From an uncultured Verrucomicrobiota bacterium (lineage in GTDB: Bacteria > Verrucomicrobiota > Verrucomicrobiia > Limisphaerales > UBA9464), in assembly GCA_903821635.1 (NCBI GenBank), contig CAIJLV010000103.1, positions 13,231-77,230 of the forward strand: DNA of 64,000 bases. Reading direction: 5' to 3'. Numbering within the stretch: position 1 is the stretch's first letter; the number at the start of each line of letters is the position of its first letter. Of the stretch, positions 1-11,005 are shown piece after piece. The position numbers were made by a program, and so were the translations under genes. Below the pieces are notes generated by a model, which worked only from the letters and a program-made list of their open reading frames with translations, searched no databases and was not told the DNA's origin.

Positions 1-1
1 T

Positions 2-493
2 CCCACGACGCTGCAGATCGTTCGCTTGCGTGGACTGTCAGCCACCGACCTCGATGTGGATGTGAGCGTCACTGCCGGTCGCAATTACGTCCTAGAAGCC
101 ACCAGCGACTTCAAGGCATGGACCACGGCCCAATCGTTTTCAGCAACCCAAGCTGCGACGACTGTTCGCACGCCGAGTTCCTCTGCGCCGGCCCGATTTT
201 TCCGGTTGCGCGAGGTAACCGGCGGGCCTCCGGCACCTGTGATTGTCCAGCAACCGAAGGATCAAGCCGTAATTATCGGGCAGCTCGCTTTCTTTACTGT
301 GAAGGTTGAAGGCACCGGCCCATTTACCTACCAGTGGCAACGGGGCGAAATTCCCGTTCCCAACAAGACTTCTCCGACCTTGTTTTTCATAAGTGCCAAA
401 CTAAGCGATGCGGGCACCTACAGGGTGGTGGTCACCGGTTCCGGTGGCAGCACAACAAGCGATGACGCGATGCTGATCGTCGATGGACCATGA
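2..493 (+). CDS. Ig-like (I-set type) repeat secreted protein, C-terminal fragment; 5-prime end lies outside the window
   Basis: The frame is open from the window edge, with no stop between 2 and 25. The tail QPKDQAVIIGQLAFFTVKVEGTGPFTYQWQRG...AGTYRVVVTGSGGSTTS is an Ig-like repeat. The same repeat occurs in the proteins at 19037-20173 and 33243-36365. Confidence 0.6.
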   Translation, partial: PTTLQIVRLRGLSATDLDVDVSVTAGRNYVLEATSDFKAWTTAQSFSATQAATTVRTPSSSAPARFFRLREVTGGPPAPVIVQQPKDQAVIIGQLAFFTVKVEGTGPFTYQWQRGEIPVPNKTSPTLFFISAKLSDAGTYRVVVTGSGGSTTSDDAMLIVDGP

Positions 494-668
494 TAGCCCG
501 CAGGCAACCCACAATCTGGCTTATACGAATGGGCGTGTCGCAGTTGGTGATCGCGAGCGCATACTGGCCTCGAGCCAGGCGGATCCAGGCGGGGGGGATG
601 TGCGACATCGGTAATGGCCTGCTCATCGGGGATGAGTATCTTCATGAGCCACCGTGCCTCCCACCGGC

Positions 669-1529
<861 letters not shown>

Positions 1530-1595
1530 GGGCGAAAGCCTGCCGTGGAGCTTGGCGGATGGGAAGTCGCCAACGGCGGAAGGATTTTGGCGGGT

Positions 1596-1639
1596 TTTTG
1601 AAAAACAAAACCGCGCCCCGGAGTGTGTCGGGGGCGCGG
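1596..1639 (-). terminator. Rho-independent terminator downstream of rho
   Basis: GC-rich stem ccgcgcccc (1611-1619) pairs with ggggcgcgg (1631-1639). On the minus strand it is followed by TTTTGTTTTTC. It lies 20 nt past the rho stop codon. Confidence 0.6.
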
Positions 1640-1658
1640 CTGGCTTGGGCGAATGAGT

Positions 1659-3263
1659 TTAGCGGGCGCTGGCTCCCATCGAGAGCAGGAACATGATGTT
1701 GTTCGGCGTCTTCTTGAGTTTGCCGAGCAGGAGTTCCATGGATTCGACCGGCGGCACCCCCACCAAGGCTCGGCGGAGAACCGAGATGCGGGGATATTCG
1801 TCGGGGTGATAGAGCAGTTCCTCTTTGCGAGTGCCCGAGCGCTCGATGTTGATGGAGGGGAAGATGCGGCGATCCACCAGCGCGCGGTCCAGATGGATTT
1901 CCATGTTACCGGTGCCCTTGAACTCTTCGAAGATGACTTCATCCATGCGACTGCCGGTGTCGACCAAGGCCGTGGCCATGATCGTCAGGGAACCGCCTTC
2001 TTCGATGTTACGCGCCGCGCCGAAGAAACGCTTGGGTTTGTGCAGCGCGTTGGCGTCGACACCGCCGGAAAGAATCTTGCCCGAGTGGGGTTGCACCGTG
2101 TTGTAGGCGCGGGCCAAGCGGGTGATGGAATCGAGCAGAATGACGACGTCCTTCTTGTGCTCGACCATGCGGCGGGCTTTTTCGATCACCATTTCGGCCA
2201 CTTGCACATGGCGCTCTGGTGGTTCGTCGAAGGTCGAGCTCACCACTTCGGCCCCTTTGCAGGAGCGTTCCATGTCAGTGACTTCCTCGGGCCGTTCGTC
2301 GATCAGCAGGATGATGAGGTGGCTCTCGGGGCTATTCTTCAGGATCGCGTTGGCGAGCTTCTGCATCAGCACCGTCTTGCCGGTGCGCGGTGGCGCCACG
2401 ATCAAACCGCGCGTGCCCTTGCCGATGGGGCAGACGATGTCCACGACCCGGGTGCTGAGCTCGTCGGGCGTGGTTTCGAGGAGGAAACGCCGGTTCGGGA
2501 ACAGCGGCGTCAGGTTCTCGAAGTGCGTCTTCTCCTTGGCGAGATCAGGGTCCACCCCCGCGACGCGTTCGACGCGCAGGAGGGCGTAGAATTTTTCTTT
2601 GTCCTTGGGGGGGCGCACTTGGCCTTCGACGTCGTCGCCGGTCTGGAGGTCAAACCGGCGGATCTGCGACGGCGACACATAAATGTCTTCGGGGCAGGGC
2701 AGGTAGTTGAACGCGGGCGAACGGAGGAAGCCGAAGCCCTCGCTCATCACTTCGAGCGTGCCGCGAATAAAGATCGTGCCCCCGGCCTTTAGGTTGCGCT
2801 GGACGATCTGGAAGATGATCTCCTGCCGCTTGAGTGTGCCGTAGTTCTCAATGCCGAATTCCTTCGCCACCTCGGCGAGTTGGATGATGGGCATCGGCTG
2901 TAACTCATGCAGGTTCAGCGACCGCGGCTGGACGATGAACTCGGGCTGGGGCGGGGAGTAGTCGATGTCTTCCGCGACCGGCTCCGGGTCGGGCTCAGGC
3001 GGACGCTGACGCCGCAGGACTGGTTCGGGCTCGGGTTCCGGCTCCGGCTCAGGTTCCGGCTCCGGCGTGGGCTGGAGTGAGAACTCGGCCGGTTCGGCGG
3101 TCGGTTCGGAAGCGGTGGAAGCCGTTTCAGCGACGGTAATCGTCGCTGCGGTGTCTTCGGCTGCCTCGACGGCAGATTCAAAGAGCTCGGGCGCGGCTTT
3201 GGCGGCCTTCTTCTTGGCCACTTTTTTCTTGGGAGCCGCGGGGTCTTTCGGTGCGCGTGCCAT
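1659..3263 (-). CDS. rho: Transcription termination factor Rho with a long N-terminal low-complexity extension
   Basis: Walker A PPRTGKT, the RNA-binding and ATPase core ([13 protein letters not shown]...[15 protein letters not shown]...[13 protein letters not shown]) and the C-terminus are all present. I place the start at the internal ATG 3263 (MARAPKDP...). The 614-aa track ORF starting at 3503 would overlap gatB and its upstream region. Confidence 0.93.
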   Translation of the reverse strand: MARAPKDPAAPKKKVAKKKAAKAAPELFESAVEAAEDTAATITVAETASTASEPTAEPAEFSLQPTPEPEPEPEPEPEPEPVLRRQRPPEPDPEPVAEDIDYSPPQPEFIVQPRSLNLHELQPMPIIQLAEVAKEFGIENYGTLKRQEIIFQIVQRNLKAGGTIFIRGTLEVMSEGFGFLRSPAFNYLPCPEDIYVSPSQIRRFDLQTGDDVEGQVRPPKDKEKFYALLRVERVAGVDPDLAKEKTHFENLTPLFPNRRFLLETTPDELSTRVVDIVCPIGKGTRGLIVAPPRTGKTVLMQKLANAILKNSPESHLIILLIDERPEEVTDMERSCKGAEVVSSTFDEPPERHVQVAEMVIEKARRMVEHKKDVVILLDSITRLARAYNTVQPHSGKILSGGVDANALHKPKRFFGAARNIEEGGSLTIMATALVDTGSRMDEVIFEEFKGTGNMEIHLDRALVDRRIFPSINIERSGTRKEELLYHPDEYPRISVLRRALVGVPPVESMELLLGKLKKTPNNIMFLLSMGASAR

Positions 3264-3496
3264 AAAACTAAAGCTGGATGCATGACACGCCGGGGCGACC
3301 CTTGCTCCTGCGAATGGAAAGCGCCTATGCGCAACAGAAATCACCAGGGGAAAGTAATGGTGTATCTGGGGGGAGGTTCCCGGACGTGCTACGGCCGCAA
3401 CATGGCGAGGAAGCGGGCGTGTGCAAGGCCGATTTTTGATAATGGCCCCGGTATTCGCTTGGGGATTTGAACTAGGTTTGGCTTCTAGCGGCGCCC

Positions 3497-4966
3497 GTGG
3501 CACAACCAGCGTCCGACATGGAATACGAAGCGGTCATCGGCCTCGAAACGCACGTCCAGCTCAAGACGAAGTCCAAGATGTGGTGCGGTTGTCCCAACGC
3601 GTTTGGGGCGGATCCCAACACCAACGTCTGTCCGATTTGCCTAGGCATGCCCGGCGTGCTGCCCGTGGCCAACGCCGAGGCGTTGCGCCTCACCGTGCTC
3701 ACGGGTTACCTGCTCAACTGCGAGATTCCCCGCTTCGCCAAATTCGACCGCAAAAACTACTTCTACCCGGATTCAGCCAAGAATTACCAGGTCACCCAAT
3801 ACGACAAGCCCAGCACCGCCCGAGGCTGGGTCGACTTTGAGTTCAGCGGTCTCGGGGCCGGCACCGGACCCGATGGGCTGACCCGGGTGCGCATCACCCG
3901 CGCCCACTTGGAAGAAGACGTGGGCAAAAACAACCATTTCGACCGGCACAGCGGCGTGGATTTCAACCGCGGCGGCGTGCCGTTGTTGGAAATCGTCTCC
4001 GAACCCGACCTCCGCGGCCCGGAGCACGCCTACACCTACCTCAAGGCGCTCACCGACATTCTCGTGCGGGGCGGCATCAGCGACTGCGACATGGAGAAGG
4101 GGATGGTTCGCTGCGACGTGAACGTCTCCGTGCGACCCAAAGGCACCGAGCCGCTCGGGGCCAAGATCGAGATCAAGAACATGAACTCATTTTCCGGGGT
4201 TCGGCGGGCGCTGGAATACGAAATCCCGCGCCAGATTGCCGCCGTTCAACGCGGGGAAACGCTGCGGCAGGAAACCCGGCGCTGGGATGACGTCGCCGGC
4301 ATCACCGAGCCGATGCGTTCCAAGGAAGATGCCCACGACTACCGCTATCTGCCGGAGCCCGACCTGATGCCGTTCTGCCCGACCGACGAATGGCTCGCCG
4401 AAATCCGGGCGGGCGTGCCCGAACTCCCATTGCCGCGCAAACTGCGGTTGGTGCGCGAGTTTGGCTTGCCGGCCGGCGACGCTCAGGTGTTGAGCGACAA
4501 CCTCCCGCTCGGTCAATTCTTCGAACTGGCGGCGGCTGGCTTCCAGCAACCGAAGGCGATCGCCAACTGGGTCATCAACACCTTGGCGGCGAAATTGGCG
4601 GAATCCGCGGGCGCGGTCGGCGACTTGAAGTTTGCCCCCGCCGAACTCCGCCAACTCGTCGAACTCGTTGATGGCGGCAAGATCAGCCTCAAGATGGCGC
4701 AGGAGGTGTTTGCGGAGATGTTTGCCAGCGGCGAAAAGCCGGGCGTCATCGTCGAAAAGCGCGGCCTTGCCCAAGTCAGCGACACCGGCGCCATCGAAAA
4801 ACTCTGCGAGGAAGCCATCGCAGCCAATCCCGGCGCCGTGGCCGACTACCGGAGTGGGAAGGTGGCCGCGCTCAATTCGCTCAAAGGCCAGGTCATGAAG
4901 CTGTCCAAGGGCAAAGCCAACCCGGCCGTCGTTGGCGACTTGTTGGCGCAGAAATTGGCGGTGTAA
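3497..4966 (+). CDS. gatB: Asp-tRNA(Asn)/Glu-tRNA(Gln) amidotransferase subunit B
   Basis: [50 protein letters not shown] and a GatB/YqeY C-terminal domain. The start is either GTG 3497 or ATG 3518. Confidence 0.93.
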   Translation: MAQPASDMEYEAVIGLETHVQLKTKSKMWCGCPNAFGADPNTNVCPICLGMPGVLPVANAEALRLTVLTGYLLNCEIPRFAKFDRKNYFYPDSAKNYQVTQYDKPSTARGWVDFEFSGLGAGTGPDGLTRVRITRAHLEEDVGKNNHFDRHSGVDFNRGGVPLLEIVSEPDLRGPEHAYTYLKALTDILVRGGISDCDMEKGMVRCDVNVSVRPKGTEPLGAKIEIKNMNSFSGVRRALEYEIPRQIAAVQRGETLRQETRRWDDVAGITEPMRSKEDAHDYRYLPEPDLMPFCPTDEWLAEIRAGVPELPLPRKLRLVREFGLPAGDAQVLSDNLPLGQFFELAAAGFQQPKAIANWVINTLAAKLAESAGAVGDLKFAPAELRQLVELVDGGKISLKMAQEVFAEMFASGEKPGVIVEKRGLAQVSDTGAIEKLCEEAIAANPGAVADYRSGKVAALNSLKGQVMKLSKGKANPAVVGDLLAQKLAV

Positions 4967-5015
4967 GCGGCCCTTTGTGGCTGCCGTGGGGCCAGTCGAC
5001 TGCGCTAAACCGAGC

Positions 5016-6332
5016 TCACATTCCCGCCCGCTTCAGCCCCCTTTGAACCGCGGCATCGCGCCCCAGCGTGCGCCACACAAAACCGTCGCGGAGGTTGGCC
5101 GCCATCAGGGCGGTGATCCCGACATCGATGCCGATGACATCAGGGTTCACCCAGTCGGTCTGCGGGTTCCAGGCATCCACGAAGCCGTAACGCTTCCAAA
5201 TCCTGCCGACGGCGCGTTGTTGGTGCAGCGTGCGCAAGCATTCCGCCGGGAGAAAGGGCAGGGAACCGGCCGCCGCGCAGGGCACGATCGTCCCATCCAG
5301 CGGCCCACTGTCGGGTGGGCCGCCCCAGCCGACGTAGCCCTTGGCCGAATCACTCGACGTCACGCCCCACCGGTCTTCCGACCACTGCGGAAACCGGGGG
5401 CGCTGAGCGACGCTCCACTTCAGGTGGGCGCGGGTGGCTGACACCGAATTGGCGAACCAATCGGTGCCGGCGTCGGGCCGGTTCCGAAAGTCGAACCACG
5501 CGTGCGAAAACTGGTGCACGAACAGCGGCGCCGGCGACCACACATAACGCTCCCCCTCGTAGTCGCGCACCGGCCGACTCCACGCCCGCCACGTTTCTGG
5601 GGCGAGCGGATGCGTGGCCGACCCGAGGCCGAGCAGGTTGATCAGCATCAGTTCGCAGTAGTGGTCCCAATGCGCGGACAGGAAGCCGCTTTCCGGTTTC
5701 CACCCCATGGAAAGCGTCGGTTTGCCGTTGAGAAACCAAGGCCACTCCGCCCGCTCGAACAAGCCGGTGGCAAGGCGTTGGATTTCGGCGTCGTCGGCAA
5801 AATAGGCGCGGGCATGCAGGGCGCCGCAAAAGAGAATCGCCGAGTCCACCGAGGACAATTCGCACTGCCAGATGCGCTCGCCGGTGCCCCAGTGGAAGAA
5901 ATGATAGAAGAAGCCGTGCTCCTGCACTTGGTCGTCGTGCAGCCAGCGCAGCGTGCGGAGGATCTGCGCCTTGAGTTCCGCCCGGGGCGCGTAGTTTCGG
6001 GCGTGCGCCAGGCACAGCACCGACAGGCCGAAACCGGTCGCCGCGATGCTCCCGATCGAGCGCGAGTCGGGTTCGCCATCGGCGAGCTTGCGGTCCAGCA
6101 CCAAGCCGGTTTCCGGATGCGCGGCCTCACGGAAAAACGCGGTCGCCGTCCGTTCCAATTCCTCCAGCAGGCGGTGGTCGGCCGGGGTTGGTTGGAAGCG
6201 TTCCCGCGGGTAACGGGCAGGCGGATTTGTCCGGCCGGCCGCACACCCCGCGAGCGCCGCGGTCGCGCCGAGCCCGGCGAGTTGTTGCAAGGCGGTGCGC
6301 CGGGAGATTGGTTCCGGTGACGGGGTGGTCAT
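5016..6332 (-). CDS. Tat-signal glucoamylase-like / GH144-type (DUF3131, beta-1,2-glucanase-like) protein
   Basis: Twin-arginine leader SRRTALQQLAGLGATAALAGC. Core motifs HGFFYHFFHWGTGER, ELSSVDSAILFCG, PLFVHQFSHAWFDFR and YGFVDAWNP match this family as I recall it. Confidence 0.65.
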   Translation of the reverse strand: MTTPSPEPISRRTALQQLAGLGATAALAGCAAGRTNPPARYPRERFQPTPADHRLLEELERTATAFFREAAHPETGLVLDRKLADGEPDSRSIGSIAATGFGLSVLCLAHARNYAPRAELKAQILRTLRWLHDDQVQEHGFFYHFFHWGTGERIWQCELSSVDSAILFCGALHARAYFADDAEIQRLATGLFERAEWPWFLNGKPTLSMGWKPESGFLSAHWDHYCELMLINLLGLGSATHPLAPETWRAWSRPVRDYEGERYVWSPAPLFVHQFSHAWFDFRNRPDAGTDWFANSVSATRAHLKWSVAQRPRFPQWSEDRWGVTSSDSAKGYVGWGGPPDSGPLDGTIVPCAAAGSLPFLPAECLRTLHQQRAVGRIWKRYGFVDAWNPQTDWVNPDVIGIDVGITALMAANLRDGFVWRTLGRDAAVQRGLKRAGM

Positions 6333-6382
6333 TCACCCGAGGTTGAACGGGGCCGGCCGCGAAAGGTCAAGCCGGCACCTTC

Positions 6383-8122
6383 TTATCTTGGTTCGCCCAG
6401 CCGGAACGCCCCAGACCGATTACCCGAGGTGGTCAACGCCTGCGCCCGCTTCAGCGCTTCGTCTACGTTCTCGCAGACATTCTCTTGGCCGACGCGGTCG
6501 ATGAATCCGGCGTTGGACAAGGCCATCAGAGGTTGGGTGTGCGGACCGGCGAGCAGCAGCCAGCGGTGATGGCGGCGCAGCTTGGCGTGCAGTTCCTCCA
6601 GCGCGTGAATGCCGGTGGCGTCCATCGCCATCACGCGTTTCATGCCGAGGATGAGCACGTCGGGTTGGCGGTCGGCGCCGCGGAGGGCGGTTTCCAATTT
6701 GTCGGCGGTGCCGAAGAGGAAGGCCCCCGCGACCTGATAGACCAGCACGCCCTTGGGCACCGCCTTGCCGTGCAAGGAATCTTCCGGTGCGAGGTCGAGC
6801 GCGCGTTCGTCCACGCTGGTGATCTGGGTGGTCTCCGAAACGCGGCGAATGAATAGGAACGCGGCCAGAATCAGGCCGACTTCAACCGCCAGTGTCAGGT
6901 CGGCCACGACGGTCAGGACAAACGAAATCAGGAACACGCTGGCATCGCTCTTTGGCCAGCCGCGCAACCGGCCAAAATTGCGCCATTCGCCCATGTTCAA
7001 CCCGACGACGACGAGGATCCCGCTCAACACCGGCAACGGAATGAACTGCGCGAGCGGAGCCGCCACCAACAGGATGCCGAGCAGGGTCGCCACATGCACG
7101 AGGCCAGCCACCGGGGTGCGGGCGCCGGAACGGATGTTCGCCGCCGTGCGGGCAATGGCGCCGGTCGCGGGCAGGCCCCCAAACACCGCCGAACCGAGAT
7201 TCGCGGCGCCTTGGGCGATCAGTTCCGTGTTGGAGTCGTGTTTGTCTTCAACCATCCCGTCGGCCACCACGCAGCAGAGCAGCGACTCGATGGCGCCGAG
7301 CAGCGCAATGGTGAACGCCGGCCGGATGAGAAATCGCATCTGATCCAAGTCGAACACCGGCAAATGTGGGCGCGGCAGCGATTGTGGAATGGCGTCGGGA
7401 CCGAAGCGCGAGCCGATGGTTTCGACGCCCAGCGGAAGCAGCGCTGCGGCCAGCGTGCCGAGCACCACTGCCGCCAGCGAAGGCGGCACCCAGCGCGACC
7501 AGTCGGCCGGCCACACTTTGATCAGCAGCGCCGCCAGCAAGGCCATCACCACGGCGGGCCAGTGGAGGTGATCCAGGTGCCGGGTGATGAAAGTGAGCTT
7601 GTGGATAAAGTCGGCTGGGACTGTTTCCGAGGGCGCAAGTTGAAGTCCCAGAAAGTCGCGGAGCTGAGTGCTGAGGATGTAAACGGCAATACCCGCGGTG
7701 AACCCCGCGATCACCGGCATCGGGATGTATTTGATCATCGCGCCCATGCGCGCAAAACCGAGCGCCATCAGGATAAGCCCGGCGAGCGCCGTGCAGATGA
7801 TCAGGTTGTCGGTGCCGTGCTGCTGGGCGACCGCCAAGACGACCGGAATAAACGCGGCTGTGGGCCCGCCGATGGCGACGCGTGAGCCGCCCAACGCGGA
7901 GACCAGAAACCCCGCCACGATACCGGTTACGATGCCAACCGCCGGCGTGGCGCCCGAAGCGATGCCGAGCGCCATGCTGAGCGACAGCGCGATGATTCCC
8001 ACAGTCAGGCCGGCGGTGAAGTCGGCGCGAAAGTCGGCGCGGCTGTAGGCGCGCAGGCAATCGAGCAACCGCGGCCGGAAAATGGGTGGTGTCGGCATGG
8101 CGCTGATCCGCATTGATGACAC
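6383..8122 (-). CDS. SulP family inorganic anion transporter with C-terminal STAS domain
   Basis: 579 aa and polytopic. It has the AGLTVGIIALSLSMALGIASG motif and a C-terminal STAS-like region (VLVYQVAGAFLFGTADKL...MDATGIHALEEL). Confidence 0.88.
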   Translation of the reverse strand: MSSMRISAMPTPPIFRPRLLDCLRAYSRADFRADFTAGLTVGIIALSLSMALGIASGATPAVGIVTGIVAGFLVSALGGSRVAIGGPTAAFIPVVLAVAQQHGTDNLIICTALAGLILMALGFARMGAMIKYIPMPVIAGFTAGIAVYILSTQLRDFLGLQLAPSETVPADFIHKLTFITRHLDHLHWPAVVMALLAALLIKVWPADWSRWVPPSLAAVVLGTLAAALLPLGVETIGSRFGPDAIPQSLPRPHLPVFDLDQMRFLIRPAFTIALLGAIESLLCCVVADGMVEDKHDSNTELIAQGAANLGSAVFGGLPATGAIARTAANIRSGARTPVAGLVHVATLLGILLVAAPLAQFIPLPVLSGILVVVGLNMGEWRNFGRLRGWPKSDASVFLISFVLTVVADLTLAVEVGLILAAFLFIRRVSETTQITSVDERALDLAPEDSLHGKAVPKGVLVYQVAGAFLFGTADKLETALRGADRQPDVLILGMKRVMAMDATGIHALEELHAKLRRHHRWLLLAGPHTQPLMALSNAGFIDRVGQENVCENVDEALKRAQALTTSGNRSGAFRLGEPR

Positions 8123-8140
8123 CGCGAAGGCGGCGCGGGG

Positions 8141-8902
8141 TCAACGTTTGGGAAAACTACCAGTGCGGGGCGGTTGGGGCGCGGCCTCCTGCATCAGATC
8201 AACCAAACCGCGGTGGGTGACGAACCAGAAAATCGCGCCCGCGAGGGTGCAACCCACCGCCGGCACCCCGAGCGCCGCAGGGCCAAACCGATCATCGGCG
8301 ATCACGCCAATCCAGCCCCCGAGTCCGAAAGCCCCGAACAGGCTGGCGAGGAACCCCAGTTTCCAAAACTCGATTTGCCGGTGGCGCAGCCAGTGGCCGA
8401 GCATCACGCCGATGTCGGTGACGACCCCGGTGACGTGAGTCGTGCGAATCATCAGGCCGCAATAACTGCTCGCCATGGCGTTTTGCAGGCCGCAGGCCAT
8501 GGCGACCGCCGGCAGGCCGAGCCGGTGCTGGGCAATCAACAGCCCGGTGGCCATGCTGAGAAGGGCCCCCTCCACCATGAGCGCCACCCCGTAACGCCGG
8601 CTAGGAACTAGCTTCAGGGCGCCCACCATCAGGCCCGCCAACATCGCGCCCACGAGGAACCCAAGGATGATTCCCAAGGAGGCAAAGGCGTCTTCCCGGT
8701 GGCCCCCATGGAGGTCGATGCCCAGCCGTGAGACGGCCCCGGTCATGTGGCTGACAGGGGTGTGAAAAAAGCCGAGGGCCGTCGAATTGATGAACCCCGC
8801 CATGGCCGTGAGCAGTAGGGCGCCGGGGTAAAGGTGGCGTATCCGACGATGTGCTTGCGCCCGGTCAAATGGTTGAGGGTGCGAGTAGGGCATCGAGTCC
8901 AA
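8141..8902 (-). CDS. YoaK/DUF1275 family membrane protein
   Basis: LTAMAGFINSTALGFFHTPVSHMTGAVS and TTHVTGVVTDIG are signature segments of DUF1275. The gene lies 18 nt downstream of the SulP gene. Confidence 0.8.
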   Translation of the reverse strand: MDSMPYSHPQPFDRAQAHRRIRHLYPGALLLTAMAGFINSTALGFFHTPVSHMTGAVSRLGIDLHGGHREDAFASLGIILGFLVGAMLAGLMVGALKLVPSRRYGVALMVEGALLSMATGLLIAQHRLGLPAVAMACGLQNAMASSYCGLMIRTTHVTGVVTDIGVMLGHWLRHRQIEFWKLGFLASLFGAFGLGGWIGVIADDRFGPAALGVPAVGCTLAGAIFWFVTHRGLVDLMQEAAPQPPRTGSFPKR

Positions 8903-9039
8903 GGGCAGAGTGGCTTCCGCGTCGGGCGATGCAAGCCGGGGGCCGGGTGGTGGCGGGGCGAATTTCCGGAAGAAGTCGGCGGCGGGTTCGGGATTTTCAT
9001 TGCCTCCACGCCGACTGGCCGGCGTGATTTGGGCACCGC

Positions 9040-9924
9040 ATGAAAGCTTCCCGTCGATTGTTTGTGGCTGCGTTGGGCGCGGCCGTTCTCTTTGCCTCCG
9101 GCTGTGCGACGTCGTCGTCGGTCGGCACCGGCGGCTCGTTCAAGGGGCCCGTCGGCCTTCAACTCTACAGCCTGCGCGGCCTGTTCACCAAGAGCGTGCC
9201 GCAAGGCTTGGTCCTGACCAAAAGTTACGGCGTCCGGGACGTCGAACTCGCCGGCACCTACAATCTGCCGCCGGAAAAATTCAAGGCGATGTTGGACGAG
9301 CACGGCTTGAATCCGATCGCCGGCCACTTTTCGTTCGATAAATTGCGGGACGATCCCGAAGCCGTGGCCCGGGAATCCAAAGCACTGGGGCTGAAATACG
9401 CCGGCTCCGCTTGGATTCCCCACCAAGGCGCCTTTGACGAAACCCAAGCCAAAGCCGCCGCCGCGGTGCTTAACCGCGCGGGTGAGGTGTTCGCCAAGCA
9501 CGGGCTCAAGGTTTATTACCACTGCCATGGCTTTGAGTTTCAGCCCGGTGTGATCCCCGACGGCCGCAAGGGCATGGATGTGCTGATGGCCGAGACCAAT
9601 CCCAAGTATGTGGATTTCCAGATGGACATCCTGTGGGTCACTTTCCCCGGTGAAGACCCCGCCGAATGGCTCGCGAAGTATCCCGGCCGCTGGGTTTCGC
9701 TCCACATGAAAGATCTGAAGAAAGGGGTGAAGACCGGTTCCCATGTCGGCGGCACGGATCCGAACAACGACGTGGTGCTCGGCACTGGCCAGATGAATTG
9801 GCCCAAGATCCTTGCTGCCGCGAAGCGGGCCGGCGTGAAGTATTACTTCATCGAAGACGAATCGGCCGACGCGGCGAACCAGATCCCGCAGACCCTGAAG
9901 TTCCTCGAACAGGTGAAGTTCTGA
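9040..9924 (+). CDS. Sugar phosphate isomerase/epimerase (xylose isomerase-like TIM barrel) lipoprotein
   Basis: Lipobox LFASGC. TIM-barrel family pattern (VELAG...YYHCHGFEF...WVSLHMKD...YYFIEDE). Confidence 0.75.
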   Translation: MKASRRLFVAALGAAVLFASGCATSSSVGTGGSFKGPVGLQLYSLRGLFTKSVPQGLVLTKSYGVRDVELAGTYNLPPEKFKAMLDEHGLNPIAGHFSFDKLRDDPEAVARESKALGLKYAGSAWIPHQGAFDETQAKAAAAVLNRAGEVFAKHGLKVYYHCHGFEFQPGVIPDGRKGMDVLMAETNPKYVDFQMDILWVTFPGEDPAEWLAKYPGRWVSLHMKDLKKGVKTGSHVGGTDPNNDVVLGTGQMNWPKILAAAKRAGVKYYFIEDESADAANQIPQTLKFLEQVKF

Positions 9925-9940
9925 GCGAAGCCAATTCCTT

Positions 9941-9970
9941 CCGGCCCGCCTTTTTGGCGGGCCTTTTTTG
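9941..9970 (+). terminator. Rho-independent terminator
   Basis: ccggcccgcc (9941-9950), loop ttttt, ggcgggcc (9956-9963), then TTTTTTG. It lies directly after the stop at 9924. Confidence 0.75.
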
Positions 9971-9995
9971 TGCCCCATCCCGCGGCGCCGGGGGG

Positions 9996-10943
9996 CTATT
10001 TCTCCCCGGTTGCGAGGAGGGTTTCGAAGTTGGGCTCCTGCTCTTCGCGGGCGACGACACTGATCTCGACCTTCTTGAAGCCGGCATTTTCTAGCCATTG
10101 ATGCAGGTCGCTTTCCGCAAAACCCAGCCAGCGATCCCCATAAAGTTCCTGGGCCTTTTCGAAGCGATGTTTCACCAGATCCAGCACCAAGACTTGGCCG
10201 CCGGGGCGCAGGATGCGGTGGGCGCTGGCCAAGGCGAGGGCCGGATTGTCGGCGTGATGCAGCGCCTGGCTTAGGATGACGAGATCCACGCTCGCATCCG
10301 TGATCGGCGGGTGTTCGAGGTCCCCTTGGCGAAACTCCAGGTTGGTGAGCCCGTTTTCCTTCGCCTTGCGGGCTCCGAATTCGACCATCTTTTCGGAGTT
10401 GTCCACGGCGATGACGCGCTTGCAACGGCGGGCGAGCAGTTCGCTCAGCAACCCTTCGCCAGAACCGAGGTCGGCGACTTCCAGCGGCGGCAGGATACGC
10501 AGCAGCAAGTGGCCGAAGGCCTGCCACGAACGGCCCGGCCCATAACTGCGGTCAAAACGGCCGGCGACTTGGTTGAAATAGACCTGCGCCTGCTCGGTGC
10601 GCCGCGCGTGGACTCGGCGCAGGTTCACCAGATCGCTGTCGTGTTCGGGCAGTTCCTTGGCACCCCGGATCGCGAACTGGGTGAATTCGCGGATGTGCGC
10701 GTCGGCGTGTGGGCTGAGCCGGTAAAAAGTGCGCTTACCGTCGCGGCGCGCGCTGACCAGGCCCGTTTCGGCGAGCAGGCCGAGATGGGTGGAAATGCGG
10801 GACTGGCCGAGGCAGGTAATTTCCTGCAATTCGTTGACCGACAGCTCCTCCTTTTCCAGCAATGCCACGATGCGCAGCCGGGTCGGATCGGCGAGCGCGC
10901 GGAGGGATTTCAGGGTGGAGGACATGCCAGTTCTGGCCGCCAT
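9996..10943 (-). CDS. ArsR/SmtB-family HTH fused to a class I SAM-dependent methyltransferase
   Basis: The N-terminus LADPTRLRIVALLEKEELSVNELQEITCLGQSRISTHL is an ArsR-type HTH. The central VADLGSGEGLLS motif and the VILSQALHH region are methyltransferase type 11-like. Confidence 0.85.
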   Translation of the reverse strand: MAARTGMSSTLKSLRALADPTRLRIVALLEKEELSVNELQEITCLGQSRISTHLGLLAETGLVSARRDGKRTFYRLSPHADAHIREFTQFAIRGAKELPEHDSDLVNLRRVHARRTEQAQVYFNQVAGRFDRSYGPGRSWQAFGHLLLRILPPLEVADLGSGEGLLSELLARRCKRVIAVDNSEKMVEFGARKAKENGLTNLEFRQGDLEHPPITDASVDLVILSQALHHADNPALALASAHRILRPGGQVLVLDLVKHRFEKAQELYGDRWLGFAESDLHQWLENAGFKKVEISVVAREEQEPNFETLLATGEK

Positions 10944-11005
10944 AGAAGCGGACTGGCCGAGGCTTGGCGAGTGGGGAACCGGGGGGGCCGCCTTTGGGCC
11001 AAGCT

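Noticed and set aside
1623-2792. 389-aa plus-strand ORF opposite rho. Similar long antisense ORFs occur at 8743-10527, 17876-19231, 36556-37998, 38779-39894, 39510-40628 and 53781-55418.
   Set aside because: Each overlaps a well-supported gene on the other strand, or several genes at once. None shows recognisable motifs, so they are high-GC shadow ORFs.
3021-3065. The hexanucleotide tandem repeat here and the GC-rich hairpin repeats at 63155-63840, considered as possible CRISPR-like arrays.
   Set aside because: The first is in-frame coding sequence for (EP)7 in rho. The second lacks regularly spaced identical repeats with unique spacers, and no cas genes are present. No CRISPR array exists in this window.
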